Origin: Planctomycetota bacterium
GTDB lineage: Bacteria; Planctomycetota; UBA1135; UBA2386
Length of the DNA: 64,000 nucleotides
NCBI GenBank assembly: GCA_965223545.1
Contig: OZ245006.1
Location: 2,336,001-2,400,000, forward strand
Direction of reading: 5' to 3'
Shown here: in pieces, positions 19,544 to 29,297 of the stretch
Layout: every line of letters starts with the position of its first letter
How positions within the stretch are numbered: the stretch's first letter is position 1
Translations under genes and position numbers: made by a program
Notes under the pieces: model-generated
The model's database searches: none
Told to the model about the DNA's origin: nothing
What the model saw: the letters and a program-made list of their open reading frames with translations, nothing else

Positions 19544-21430
19544 GTGAGCATTCGCAAAAAGATCCTCGCCGCCGTCATTGCAGGCGCAGCGATGCAGTGT
19601 GCGATTCTGTACGTCACGAATCGCCAGGGGGCGACGCTGCAGGCCGACGCCGAGGCGCGCGCGCAGCTGCACTGGCTGCGGGGCCGGGTCCTGCATCTCG
19701 CGCTGATGTCGACCCAACTGCGCGAGGGCCAAGACGTCGCCAGCACGATCGAGCAGACCGTCACCGCGGTGTCCAACGAAATCGACATCCTGGCGGCAAC
19801 GGCCGAACGGACCGGCGGACCGGAGATCGGGACCGACGCCGACGAAGCGGGCTACCAGTTGGCCGAGCGGTGGCACGCGTTCGCCAACCCCACCCGGCGC
19901 CTCGCCGAAGACGTCGCCAAGGCAGAGGCCGCCGATCAGCTCACGGCCTACAGCTTCAGCCCCTGGCTCGCGTCGCTGTCGCACCTCGAGGGGACGGTCA
20001 GCGAGCTGGCCGATCAAGGCGACATCGATCTGGACACGACCCGCAGCCAGCTCTCCGTCGTGACCCAGGCCCGCGACGTGACCACTTCGCTGCGCGGGGC
20101 GATCCTGCGGCATCAGAACATCCCCGTCGGTGGCGACCGCGGCGGCGCCGCACGCGAAGTCGACGTGTGGTACGAAATCGGACGCGACGCGCTGAACTCG
20201 ATCATCGAGGGTTCTTTCGAACTCGAGATCGAAGCCGCCGCCGACCCGGCGGTGATCGAGGCCGTCAACAACTGCGTGGCCAAGCTCGACAAGCTGGAGG
20301 CGAGCTGGCGTTCCCTGGTGGCGGCCACGCGGGTCCTGGACACGACGCAGCGCGCGCACGGGGATGCCCTACAACGGCTGATCAGCAACGTCGACCGGGC
20401 CATCGACGACAGCAACACGGCGTCGGCGGACCGCCTGGCCGACAGCCAGTCGACCCAGGTCGCCCTGGTCACCGGCGGGATCGCGGCCACTCTTCTGCTG
20501 CTGTGGTTCGTGTCCGCCCGCGTGATCCGCCCGGTCCGGGTCGCGCTGATCGCGGTGCGCGAGTCGGCCAACGATCTGTCGGAGGCCGCGCGCGGGATCG
20601 AAGAGATGGCCAATGCGCTGGCCGCCGGCGCCGCCAACGCCGCCGAGAGCACCGACCACGTCACGAGCTGCGCGGAGGAGGTCGGCCGCGACTTGACCCA
20701 GGTCGGCGCTTCCACGTCGCGCATGACGCACGACATCACCGGCGTCTCGGCGGCGGTCGAGCAGGCGACGGCGACGGTCACCGACATTGCCGGCCTCGCC
20801 GACCGCGGCTCGCAGCTCGCCAACAACGCCACCCAGCTCGCCGAGGAAGGCGGTCAGCGGGTCGCGCGCCTGGGCGAGGCGGCCACCGAGATCGAACGCG
20901 TGCTGGAGACGATCCGCGGCATCGCCGAGCACACCAACCTGCTGGCCCTCAACGCCACCATCGAGGCGGCGCGCAGCGGCGCGGCCGGCCGTGGATTCGC
21001 CGTAGTCGCGGCGGAGGTCAAGCGGCTGGCGGAGCAGGCCGCGGAGGCCACCGAGGACATCTGCACGCGGGTCGAGGGCATCCGCGCGTCGACCACCGAC
21101 ACGATCGACGTGATGACCGAGATCCACCAGGTCGTCGCCCGCGCCAACGAGGCGTCCACCGAGATCGCCAAGGCAGTCGGCGCGCACCGCGAAGTCGCGT
21201 CCAGCATCTCCAGTGATTTGGTCGCCACTTCGCAGGCGGCGACGTCGGTCGCCGAGTCGATCACCAACAGCGTCGCCCGCAGCCGCAGCATCGCCGACAG
21301 CGCTGCCGTCGTCGGCAACACGGTGGAGCAGACCACGCGCGAAGCCACGGGGGCGCGGCAAGCCTGCCGCGTACTGAACAACCTGGCGGCGCAGCTCGAC
21401 GACTTGGTCTCCGGCTTGCGCCAACTCTGA
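19544..21430 (+). CDS. Methyl-accepting chemotaxis protein
   Basis: Two TM segments; IAEHTNLLALNATIEAARSGAAGRGFAVVAAEVKRLA. Confidence 0.93.
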   Translation: MSIRKKILAAVIAGAAMQCAILYVTNRQGATLQADAEARAQLHWLRGRVLHLALMSTQLREGQDVASTIEQTVTAVSNEIDILAATAERTGGPEIGTDADEAGYQLAERWHAFANPTRRLAEDVAKAEAADQLTAYSFSPWLASLSHLEGTVSELADQGDIDLDTTRSQLSVVTQARDVTTSLRGAILRHQNIPVGGDRGGAAREVDVWYEIGRDALNSIIEGSFELEIEAAADPAVIEAVNNCVAKLDKLEASWRSLVAATRVLDTTQRAHGDALQRLISNVDRAIDDSNTASADRLADSQSTQVALVTGGIAATLLLLWFVSARVIRPVRVALIAVRESANDLSEAARGIEEMANALAAGAANAAESTDHVTSCAEEVGRDLTQVGASTSRMTHDITGVSAAVEQATATVTDIAGLADRGSQLANNATQLAEEGGQRVARLGEAATEIERVLETIRGIAEHTNLLALNATIEAARSGAAGRGFAVVAAEVKRLAEQAAEATEDICTRVEGIRASTTDTIDVMTEIHQVVARANEASTEIAKAVGAHREVASSISSDLVATSQAATSVAESITNSVARSRSIADSAAVVGNTVEQTTREATGARQACRVLNNLAAQLDDLVSGLRQL

Positions 21431-21438
21431 CCCGCCGC

Positions 21439-22230
21439 TCAGGCCGGCCGCAGCGGCTCGCTGTCGGCGGCCGCCCGCTCGACCTCGACCCCGGGAAGGG
21501 CGGCGCGCAACTGCGCGCACAGTCGCGGCAGGTAGCCCCGCTCGGTGTTGGAATGCTCGCACAGCACGACGCTGCAGCCGCGCGCCAGCGCGGCCAACAC
21601 GTCGTGGTGCCGCATCTCTCCGGTCCAGTACACGTCGGCGGCGACGCCGGCGAGGACACTGCCGCCAGCGCCTGCACAAAGCGCGATGTCTCGCACCGCC
21701 GCGCGGCGGTGGGCATCCGCGGTGGCGACTCGGACGGTACGCAGACCGAGATGCTCCTTGATGCGTCGCACCACGGTCGACAACCGCACGGGACGCTGGA
21801 GCCGGACTCGGCGCCCCTGCGCCGCACCGCTGGCCGGCTCGCCGACCGGCTGCAGGCCCTGCCGCTCACCGCGCCCGAGCCCATCGGCGAGCCAGTCGTT
21901 GACGCCGCCGGGCGCCGCATCGAGGGCAGTGTGCGGCGAGTAGACGGCGATGCCGGCGGTGACACAACCGAGCACCACGCGCTCGATTCCCGAGCCGCTG
22001 GTCAGCCGGCGCAGCCCGTCGAAGATCGGTGGGTGATAGGCGACCACCAGGTCGGCGCGCCGGGCCGCGGCTTCCTTCAACACCGCTTCGGTGAGGTCGA
22101 TCGCCACCAGCACGCGGTGCACGGTCCGGCGCCGCGGCGGCTCGACCAACAGCCCGACGTTGTCCCACTCCTCCGCCCACTCCAGCGGCGCCAACTGCTC
22201 GAGGGCGCGGACCGCGGCGCCGAGCCTCAC
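21439..22230 (-). CDS. Nif3/YbgI dinuclear metal-centre protein
   Basis: AEEWDNVGLL, YHPPIF, SPHTALD, GEMRHH, EHSNTERG. Confidence 0.93.
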   Translation of the reverse strand: MRLGAAVRALEQLAPLEWAEEWDNVGLLVEPPRRRTVHRVLVAIDLTEAVLKEAAARRADLVVAYHPPIFDGLRRLTSGSGIERVVLGCVTAGIAVYSPHTALDAAPGGVNDWLADGLGRGERQGLQPVGEPASGAAQGRRVRLQRPVRLSTVVRRIKEHLGLRTVRVATADAHRRAAVRDIALCAGAGGSVLAGVAADVYWTGEMRHHDVLAALARGCSVVLCEHSNTERGYLPRLCAQLRAALPGVEVERAAADSEPLRPA

Positions 22231-22532
22231 GCCGGCCCCCGCGCGGCCTTCGGACAAGCACACGGCGTGGCCTCACAACGCGGGCAACCGCGCGCGTACT
22301 TGGCCCGCCCCACCGCATCCAGATCGACCCCGTGCAGGGACGCCAGCGTCGCCAGCCACGCGTACACGTCGGCAAACTCCTCCTCGAGGTTGTCGCGCTC
22401 GCCGCGCCGGATCGCCCGCACCAGCTCGCCGACTTCTTCGACGAACCAGAGCGTGGTGCCGGCGATGCCGCGGGCCGCATCGCGCTCGAGGTAGATCGCC
22501 TCGATGCGTTGCTGGAACGAGGACTCGGCCAT
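22227..22532 (-). CDS. MazG-like nucleotide pyrophosphohydrolase
   Basis: WFVEEVGELVRA...LEEEFADVYAWL; C-terminal CPRC..PCAC. Confidence 0.88.
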   Translation of the reverse strand: MAESSFQQRIEAIYLERDAARGIAGTTLWFVEEVGELVRAIRRGERDNLEEEFADVYAWLATLASLHGVDLDAVGRAKYARGCPRCEATPCACPKAARGPA

Positions 22533-23638
22533 CACCACCTCTTGGCGGTGAGCAGCACGACGTCCTCGCGCAAGCCGCCGTCCCCGGCATCACTCTCGAG
22601 CCCGCCGAGCACCAGGTTCATGAACGGCGCCGTGTGCTTGGGCGCGTGCTCGGCCACCAGGTCGACAAACCCATCCAGCCGCAGCGCGGCGTCGTTGGCG
22701 AGGGCGAGGCGCACGCCCTGCGCCACCGGCACGCTCACCGAGCGCAGCCCCTTCTCGAACACCGGCCCGGCGTCCAAGCCCAGGGCCAGCCCCTCGGCGT
22801 TGACCTCCTCGACTTGTCCCGCACGGCAGACCAACGCCGGCGCGCGAAAGCCGCACTGGTAGAGCTTGACCGCCTCGTCGCGCAGCTCGAGCAGACAGGC
22901 CGTGGCGCAGGCTCCCTTCGGCAGCTGCTTGTGCAACACGCGGTTGGTGTGGTGCAGCGCCTTGCGCGCCGCGGCGCCGGCGTTGAGCGCGCGAACGACC
23001 TCGTCGCGCGCCATCCGCGCCGCGGTGGCCGAGATCGCGCCGACGCCCTCGTTGCCGATCAAGAACAGCACGGTGAAGCCGTCGCCGGCGTGCCCGCCGT
23101 AGTACTCCACCCCGCCGCGCGTGCCCGGACTGAGCGCACCATCGACCTCGAAGCCCTCCTGCTCCGGCAGCTCCTCGGGCAGCGCGGCGTCGCGGAAACC
23201 GCGGACCTGCGGGTCCATGTTGACGCCGAGGCCGCCGCTCTGCTCGGCCTCGGCGGCGACCGCGGCGATGTCGGTCGCCAGATACTGCAGCGCCCGCCCC
23301 ACCTTGGTGACCTCGTCGTTGCCCGACACGCGCAACCGCACCTCGGAGCTGCCACGACCGATCTTGGCGATACCGAGACCGAGCTCGGTGAGTCGGCTGG
23401 CGATGGCCGCGCCCTGCACGTAGGCCACCGCGCCAACCACCAGACCCGCGAGCACGACGAACACCCCGCTCAACAGCCAAGCGCGCTGCACGAGGTCTTG
23501 GTCGGCCTGCCCCGGCCCGAGGGTGCGATTGACGATCAGCAGCGCGATCGCCGTGACCGCGATGCCGGCCAAGCCGCAGACCAACCCGAGCTTCAGCGCC
23601 AGCGCGCCCGATCCACTCCGCTTCGACCCGCGACTCAT
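22532..23638 (-). CDS. Membrane HAMP + degenerate PP2C/SpoIIE domain protein
   Basis: 2 TM, HAMP (RVSGNDEVTKVGRAL), SpoIIE-like C-terminus (ALHHTNRVL, GLALGL, REDVVLL). Confidence 0.75.
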   Translation of the reverse strand: MSRGSKRSGSGALALKLGLVCGLAGIAVTAIALLIVNRTLGPGQADQDLVQRAWLLSGVFVVLAGLVVGAVAYVQGAAIASRLTELGLGIAKIGRGSSEVRLRVSGNDEVTKVGRALQYLATDIAAVAAEAEQSGGLGVNMDPQVRGFRDAALPEELPEQEGFEVDGALSPGTRGGVEYYGGHAGDGFTVLFLIGNEGVGAISATAARMARDEVVRALNAGAAARKALHHTNRVLHKQLPKGACATACLLELRDEAVKLYQCGFRAPALVCRAGQVEEVNAEGLALGLDAGPVFEKGLRSVSVPVAQGVRLALANDAALRLDGFVDLVAEHAPKHTAPFMNLVLGGLESDAGDGGLREDVVLLTAKRW

Positions 23639-23653
23639 TGTCCCAAAAGCCCT

Positions 23654-24217
23654 CTACGTCACGAACAGCAGCCGGCGCGCGCGCAGGACGTACTGTACGC
23701 CGGAGACCACGGTCAGCACCAGGGTCACCCAGAACGCGACCTCGGCGATGATGGTGAACTGGATCTCGCCGGCGACCACGGTGAGCAGCGCCCCCGCGGT
23801 CACGCACTGCGCCACCATCTTCCACTTGCCGACCTGCTCGGCGGGAAACGGCACTCCCATCGACTCGGACAGGCCGCGAATCGTGGTCACCAAGAACTCG
23901 CGCGCCAAGATCACCACGACGAACCAGGTCTCCAACACCGTCAGCGCCGCCTGGAACTTGAGCAGGATCACCAGGATGCCGCAGATCAGCACCTTGTCGG
24001 CGAACGGGTCGACAACGCGACCGAAGGCGGTCACCGCCTGCATCCGCCGCGCCAACCAACCGTCGACGTAGTCCGTCACGGCAGCGACCGTGAACAACCA
24101 GAACGCCCACCACACGGCAGTCGGGTCCGGCGCCGCCGGATCCACGAGCTCGAGCACCGTGAAGCAGGCGGCCGTGATCACGAGCCGCGAGACCGTAATG
24201 GTGTTGGGGAGATTCAC
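23654..24217 (-). CDS. pgsA: CDP-diacylglycerol--glycerol-3-phosphate 3-phosphatidyltransferase
   Basis: MNLPNTITVSR, TDYVDGWLARR, FGRVVDPFADK, GKWKM. Confidence 0.95.
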   Translation of the reverse strand: MNLPNTITVSRLVITAACFTVLELVDPAAPDPTAVWWAFWLFTVAAVTDYVDGWLARRMQAVTAFGRVVDPFADKVLICGILVILLKFQAALTVLETWFVVVILAREFLVTTIRGLSESMGVPFPAEQVGKWKMVAQCVTAGALLTVVAGEIQFTIIAEVAFWVTLVLTVVSGVQYVLRARRLLFVT

Positions 24218-25575
24218 CGCACCGAGGGGGCCGAAACCCGGCCGACGAGGTCATAGTCATCGACCCCTTCGATCCGCGCAAGGACGAGGTCGCCGGCGCG
24301 CACGGCCTCGGTCGGCGGCAGCAACACGGCACAGTCCACCTCCGGCGCGTCGCGGTAGGTCCGCCCGACGAAGCCGTCCCGCTCGGGGTGTCGGCCGTCG
24401 ACCAAGACCTCCAACGACTGGCCCACGCAGGCCGCGTTGAGCTCGGCGATCACCTCGCGCTGCAGCCGCATCAAGATGTCGCGGCGCTCTTCGGCGACCT
24501 CCGCCGGCACCTCGCGGCCCAGGTCGAAAGCCGGCGTGCCCTCCTCCGCCGAGTAGGTGAACACGCCGAAGCGTTCGAAGCGGTACTCGCGCACGAGCTG
24601 CACGAGCTCCTCGAAATCGGCCTCCGTCTCGCCCGGAAATCCGACGATCGCCGTGCTGCGCACCGCGATGCCGGGGACCTCGTCGCGCAAGCGCCACAGG
24701 ATGTCGCGCACCTGCTGGGACGACACGCCGCGCTTCATGGCGCGCAGCATCGGCGTCGCCACGTGCTGGATCGGGATGTCGAGATAGGGCACCACCGCTG
24801 GGTGCTCGCGAATGACGGCCGTCAACGCGGGCAGCACCGTGTGCGGGTAGGCGTACATCAGCCGCACCCACCGCACCCCACGGACGTCCGCCAGTCGCTC
24901 CACCAGCTTGTGGATCGAGCGCTTGGCATCGACGTCCAAGCCGTAGGCGGTGCTGTCCTCGGCCACCAAGACCAGCTCGCGGACGCCGCGCACCACCAGC
25001 CGCTCGGCCTCCTCGACCAGCACGTCGATCGGCTTGCTGCGGTTGCGGCCGCGCATCGACGGGATCGCGCAGAACGTGCACTTGTGGTCGCAGCCCTCCG
25101 AGATCCGCAGATAGGCGTAGCTTTGCGGCGTCAGCACCACCCGACCGATGTCGCTGCGCGCGGTCTTCGCCGCGCCACCGTCGACGGTGGCGACGAACCG
25201 CCGCTCGCTGCCGTTGACGATCTTGCGCACCACCGACGGAACCCCCGAGTAGTCGGAGATGCCCATCACCGCGTCGACCTCGGGCAGCTCTCCGGCGAGC
25301 TCACCGGCGTAGCGCTGCGCCAGGCAGCCCACCGCGACCACCCCCTTCACCTGCCCCTGCTCCTTGAGGCGCACCGCCTCCAGGATGGTGTCGATCGATT
25401 CCTGCTTGGCCGCTTCGATGAAGCCGCAGGTGTTGACGACGACCACGTCGGCGTCGACTGGCTCGCGCACCACCTCGAGGCCGTCGCCCACCGCGTGGCC
25501 GAGCAGCACCTCGGAGTCGACCAGGTTGCGGGCGCAACCCAGGCTGATCACGGCGACGCGGACGGTGTCGACCAT
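24214..25575 (-). CDS. rimO: Ribosomal protein S12 methylthiotransferase
   Basis: SLGCARNLVDSE, NTCGFI, ISEGCDHKCTFCAIP, DAPEVD TRAM domain. Confidence 0.95.
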   Translation of the reverse strand: MVDTVRVAVISLGCARNLVDSEVLLGHAVGDGLEVVREPVDADVVVVNTCGFIEAAKQESIDTILEAVRLKEQGQVKGVVAVGCLAQRYAGELAGELPEVDAVMGISDYSGVPSVVRKIVNGSERRFVATVDGGAAKTARSDIGRVVLTPQSYAYLRISEGCDHKCTFCAIPSMRGRNRSKPIDVLVEEAERLVVRGVRELVLVAEDSTAYGLDVDAKRSIHKLVERLADVRGVRWVRLMYAYPHTVLPALTAVIREHPAVVPYLDIPIQHVATPMLRAMKRGVSSQQVRDILWRLRDEVPGIAVRSTAIVGFPGETEADFEELVQLVREYRFERFGVFTYSAEEGTPAFDLGREVPAEVAEERRDILMRLQREVIAELNAACVGQSLEVLVDGRHPERDGFVGRTYRDAPEVDCAVLLPPTEAVRAGDLVLARIEGVDDYDLVGRVSAPSVR

Positions 25576-25599
25576 GGACGCCCGGGGGGCCCGGCTCTC

Positions 25600-26052
25600 T
25601 TAAGAGGGTTTGGCCTGGACGACCCAGACCTTGATGGTGGCATCGACGTCGGCGTGCAGGTGCACCACGACGTCGAAGACCCCGATCTCCTTGATCGGCG
25701 CGGCGATGCGCACCGCACGATCGTCGAGCTGGAAGCCCTTCTCGCGCAGCTCGGCGGCGATCTGCGGCGCCGTCACCGAGCCGAACAAGTGGCCGTCCTC
25801 GTTGGCGCGCCCCTCGATGGTCACCGAGGTTTGCGCGAGACGCTCGGCGAGCTCCTTCAGATCACCGATCCGGGCGCGTTCCTCGGCCATCGCCAAGGCC
25901 CGCTCCTTCTCGATCTGCTCGATGTTGGCCTTGGTCACCGGCACCGCGTAGCCGTACGGCAACAGGTAGTTGCGCGCATAGCCGGTGCGCACGGAGACGA
26001 CGTCGCCGATGCGCCCCAGCTTCTCGATACTCCTCTTCAGCAGGATCTCCAT
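25600..26052 (-). CDS. rplI: 50S ribosomal protein L9
   Basis: LGRIGDVVSVRTGYARNYLLP, LFGSVT. Confidence 0.97.
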   Translation of the reverse strand: MEILLKRSIEKLGRIGDVVSVRTGYARNYLLPYGYAVPVTKANIEQIEKERALAMAEERARIGDLKELAERLAQTSVTIEGRANEDGHLFGSVTAPQIAAELREKGFQLDDRAVRIAAPIKEIGVFDVVVHLHADVDATIKVWVVQAKPS

Positions 26053-26054
26053 GG

Positions 26055-26312
26055 TCAGCTCCTGCCGGCGATGTAGGGCAGCAAGCTCATGTGCCGCGCG
26101 CGCTTGATCGCCAGGGCGAGACGCCGCTGGTGCTGGCCGGAGAACCCGGTGCGCTTGCGCGAGTAGATCTTGCCCTGTGGAGTGACGAACTTGCCGAGGT
26201 ACTCGACGTTCTTGTAGTCGAGCGGCTCCTCGGGGACGGCCGACTTGCGCGGGCGACCGAAGCGGCCGAACTTGCCGCCACCGCGGCGGCCTCGGGAATC
26301 ACCGTTCTTCAT
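26055..26312 (-). CDS. rpsR: 30S ribosomal protein S18
   Basis: [35 protein letters not shown]. Confidence 0.95.
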   Translation of the reverse strand: MKNGDSRGRRGGGKFGRFGRPRKSAVPEEPLDYKNVEYLGKFVTPQGKIYSRKRTGFSGQHQRRLALAIKRARHMSLLPYIAGRS

Positions 26313-26905
26313 GACTTCTCCTCGCTGCTCTCCGCGGTCTCCGCCGAGGCTTCGGCAGCGGCGGCCTCACCGGCGCCCGCCTCCGCGTTGGTGGAGGCCT
26401 CGCCCTCGGCGGGAGCCTCGGTCTCGGCAGGCGCCTCGCCCTCGGCGGGCGCGTCACCGCTCTCCTTGGCTTCGCCCTTGGCCTCGGCCTTGGCTTCGCC
26501 CTTGGCCTCCGGCTCGGCGTTGCTCTCGTCGGACGCCTCGGCCTCGGCAGCCTCCTCGCCCGGCTCGGGAATCGCGCTGACGTCGACCTCGGCCTCCGGC
26601 TCGTAGGCCTCGGCCGGGATCTCCTCACAGGTCGAGATCATGTAGCGCAGCACGGTCTCGCTCAGCTCGAGCTCACGCCGCAGCGGCGTGTTCCGCTCGG
26701 GGTCGCCCTTGTAGTAGACCAGCAGGTAGGTGCCGCGGATCTGGCCCTTGATCGGATAGGCCAGCCGGCGCTCGGACCAGTGCCGCGCGCTGAGGATCTC
26801 CGCGTCGCACTTCTCGAACAGACCGGTCACCGCTTGCTTGAGCGGTTCCCAGCCCTGCTTCACCTCCCGGTTGTCCAGGAGGACCATGCACTCGTAGGTA
26901 TTCAA
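26309..26905 (-). CDS. rpsF: 30S ribosomal protein S6 with long acidic tail
   Basis: TTG start; [25 protein letters not shown]; ~95-aa Glu/Ala-rich extension. Confidence 0.92.
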   Translation of the reverse strand: MNTYECMVLLDNREVKQGWEPLKQAVTGLFEKCDAEILSARHWSERRLAYPIKGQIRGTYLLVYYKGDPERNTPLRRELELSETVLRYMISTCEEIPAEAYEPEAEVDVSAIPEPGEEAAEAEASDESNAEPEAKGEAKAEAKGEAKESGDAPAEGEAPAETEAPAEGEASTNAEAGAGEAAAAEASAETAESSEEKS

Positions 26906-27522
26906 GATTCTTGGCTCGGTGCTTGGCCGTTGTAACGGCACATCAAGTCTTCGACGGGCGCGCCTCCGAGCCACTCGAGCACGGCGTCGGCGGCGCGATC
27001 CAGAACGGGACCCAGGACCTCCCGTTCGTCGGAATCAAACGCGCCGAGCACGTGGCCCACCATGGCGGCGCCACTCGCGTGCCCGATGCCGAGACGGAGA
27101 CGGGGGAACTCGGCGGTGGCCAGCGCGTCCTGAATCGAGGTCAGGCCGTTGTGGCCACCCGCACTCCCCGCCGGCCGGATGCGCATCCGGCCCAGCGGCA
27201 GGTTCAGGTCATCGACAACAACAAAGAGCGAGGTGGCCGGCAACTCGGCGATCCGCAACAGCGGGCCGGCGACCTGACCGGACAGGTTGACGTAGGTGAG
27301 CGGCTTGACCAGGGCGAACGGGTCGTCCGGGCCATCCCCCGCGAGCGCGATCTGCGCCTTGACCTTGCCGCTGAACCCGTAGTCCCGGCGGTTGAGTCGG
27401 GCGAACTGCAGACCCCGTCGCTCCGCCACCCGATCCATCACCATGAAGCCGACGTTGTGGCGAGTCTCGACGTACTCGGCACCGGGATTGCCGATGCCCA
27501 GCGCCACGCGCGTCCACTGCAT
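26902..27522 (-). CDS. pth: Peptidyl-tRNA hydrolase
   Basis: GIGNPG.EY..TRHNVGF, KPLTYVNLSG, AGGHNGL, RLRLGIG. Confidence 0.96.
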   Translation of the reverse strand: MQWTRVALGIGNPGAEYVETRHNVGFMVMDRVAERRGLQFARLNRRDYGFSGKVKAQIALAGDGPDDPFALVKPLTYVNLSGQVAGPLLRIAELPATSLFVVVDDLNLPLGRMRIRPAGSAGGHNGLTSIQDALATAEFPRLRLGIGHASGAAMVGHVLGAFDSDEREVLGPVLDRAADAVLEWLGGAPVEDLMCRYNGQAPSQES

Positions 27523-27650
27523 GGGATCGAACGGCGGAAAAGGGGGCGGCGAACTCTAGCCATCCGCGCCGGCTGTCGCCAGGGGCTGGCGACAAAACAG
27601 GGGCTCGGGCGGAAACCCGTCCACGCCCCGCCCGGCCGGCTCGCGGCCGG

Positions 27651-28292
27651 TCAGCTCGACGGGCTGTCGCCGCCGCCGTCGCCCTCGCCAGAGCCCTCGG
27701 CAGGGGCGCCCTCGCCCTCCGCTGGAGCCTCTTCCTCGACCAAGGCGGTCTCGTCACCGGTCATGTGGCAGACGACCGCATCGTCGGGAACCCGCAGGGT
27801 GACCCCCGACGGCAGCTCGACTTCGCTGGCGAGGATCTTCTCGGCGAGGTCCAGCTCGGAGACCTTGATCTCGATCGTCTCGGGCATCGACGCGGGCAGA
27901 CAGGCGATCGGCAGCGCGTTCATGTCGCGGATCAACCGCCCACCCTTGCCGGCACCCACGGGGTGGCCGAGGTAGGTCAGCTCGACATCGATGTCGATCG
28001 GCTTGTTCAGGTCGATGCGCTGGAAGTCGGCGTGCAGCGGGCGATCGGTCAGGCAGTCCCACTGGACCTCCTTGAGGAAGATCGCCTGCTCCTTGCCGTC
28101 CATCGCCAACCGAAAGACGCGGTGGTGGTTGCGAATGCGGCCCATCAGCTCGCGCTCGTCGACGCTCAGCGACAGGCTGTCCCCGCCACCGCCGTAGAGG
28201 ATGGCCGGCACGCGCCCGGCCTCGCGCAGGCGCGCGACCTGCGCGCTGCCACGCTCGGAGCGGGGGGCGACATCGATCTTCGTGACTTCCAT
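27651..28292 (-). CDS. rplY: 50S ribosomal protein L25/Ctc
   Basis: RLREAGRVPAILYG, KEVQWD, LHADFQR. Confidence 0.95.
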   Translation of the reverse strand: MEVTKIDVAPRSERGSAQVARLREAGRVPAILYGGGGDSLSLSVDERELMGRIRNHHRVFRLAMDGKEQAIFLKEVQWDCLTDRPLHADFQRIDLNKPIDIDVELTYLGHPVGAGKGGRLIRDMNALPIACLPASMPETIEIKVSELDLAEKILASEVELPSGVTLRVPDDAVVCHMTGDETALVEEEAPAEGEGAPAEGSGEGDGGGDSPSS

Positions 28293-28334
28293 GACAGTGC
28301 TACTCGGCGAAACGGTGTTTCTCGGATGTGAAGG

Positions 28335-29297
28335 CTACTTGTCCAAGCGCTCGGAACGGCCATCGAACAACACGCTCACCGACTCGCTGCGGTGGATGCG
28401 GTCGATCGCGCGGGCCAACAACGGCGCCACCGAGGCCACGGTGAGCCGCTCCAACGGATGCTGATCGAGGGGGATCGTGTCGCTGAAGATGATGCGCTCC
28501 ACCGGCGCACTGTTCAGCTTCTCGACGGCACTGCCGGCGAGCACCGCGTGGCTGGCTGCGATGAACACGCGCCGCGCCCCCTTCTCGACGACGATGCGCG
28601 CGGCGTCGGTGATCGACCCGCCGGTGCTGACCATGTCGTCGACCATCAGGACGTCGCGGCCGGACACGTCACCGACGACGTGCTCGATGACCGTGGTGTC
28701 GCCGGTGATCCGCCGCTTGTCGACGATGGCGATCTCCGCCGACAGCGACTTGGCGTAGGCGCGCACCAGCTTGACGCCACCGACGTCCGGCGAGACGACG
28801 ATCGGGTGATCGAGCTCGAGCTGCGCGACCGCCTGCATGATGCAGGGACGCGCGTAGAGGTGATCGACGGGGATGTCGAAGAAGCCCTGGATCTGCGCCG
28901 CGTGCAAGTCGATCGCCAGCACGCGGTCGGCGCCGGCCTTGGTGATCAAGTTGGCGACCAGCTTGGCGGTGATCGGCGTGCGCCCCTCGTCCTTGCGATC
29001 CTTGCGCGCATAGCCGAAGTACGGAATCACCGCGGTGATGCGGTCGGCCGACGCCCGTCGCAGACAATCGATGAAGGTGAGCAGCTCGAACAGGTTCTCG
29101 TGTACCGGCGGACACGTCGACTGGACGACGAACACGTCGGCGCCACGCACGTCGCACTCGACCTTGAGGTTGATCTCGCCGTCCGGAAAGCGCGCCAGAG
29201 TGGCCTCGCCCTGCGGCACGCCCAGGTGAGCGCAGATGTCCGCGGCGAGCTTGGGGTGGGCGTTGCCAGTGAAGATCCGCAGCCGATCCTTGGTCAT
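28335..29297 (-). CDS. prs: Ribose-phosphate pyrophosphokinase
   Basis: FPDGE, IPYFGYARKDRK, DLHAAQIQGFF, VSPDVGG, VDDMVSTGGS. Confidence 0.97.
   Translation of the reverse strand: MTKDRLRIFTGNAHPKLAADICAHLGVPQGEATLARFPDGEINLKVECDVRGADVFVVQSTCPPVHENLFELLTFIDCLRRASADRITAVIPYFGYARKDRKDEGRTPITAKLVANLITKAGADRVLAIDLHAAQIQGFFDIPVDHLYARPCIMQAVAQLELDHPIVVSPDVGGVKLVRAYAKSLSAEIAIVDKRRITGDTTVIEHVVGDVSGRDVLMVDDMVSTGGSITDAARIVVEKGARRVFIAASHAVLAGSAVEKLNSAPVERIIFSDTIPLDQHPLERLTVASVAPLLARAIDRIHRSESVSVLFDGRSERLDK

Noticed and set aside
27574..27597. Hairpin TGTCGCCAG-GGG-CTGGCGACA as a terminator between rplY and pth
   Set aside because: The T-tract lies on the wrong side for minus-strand intrinsic termination
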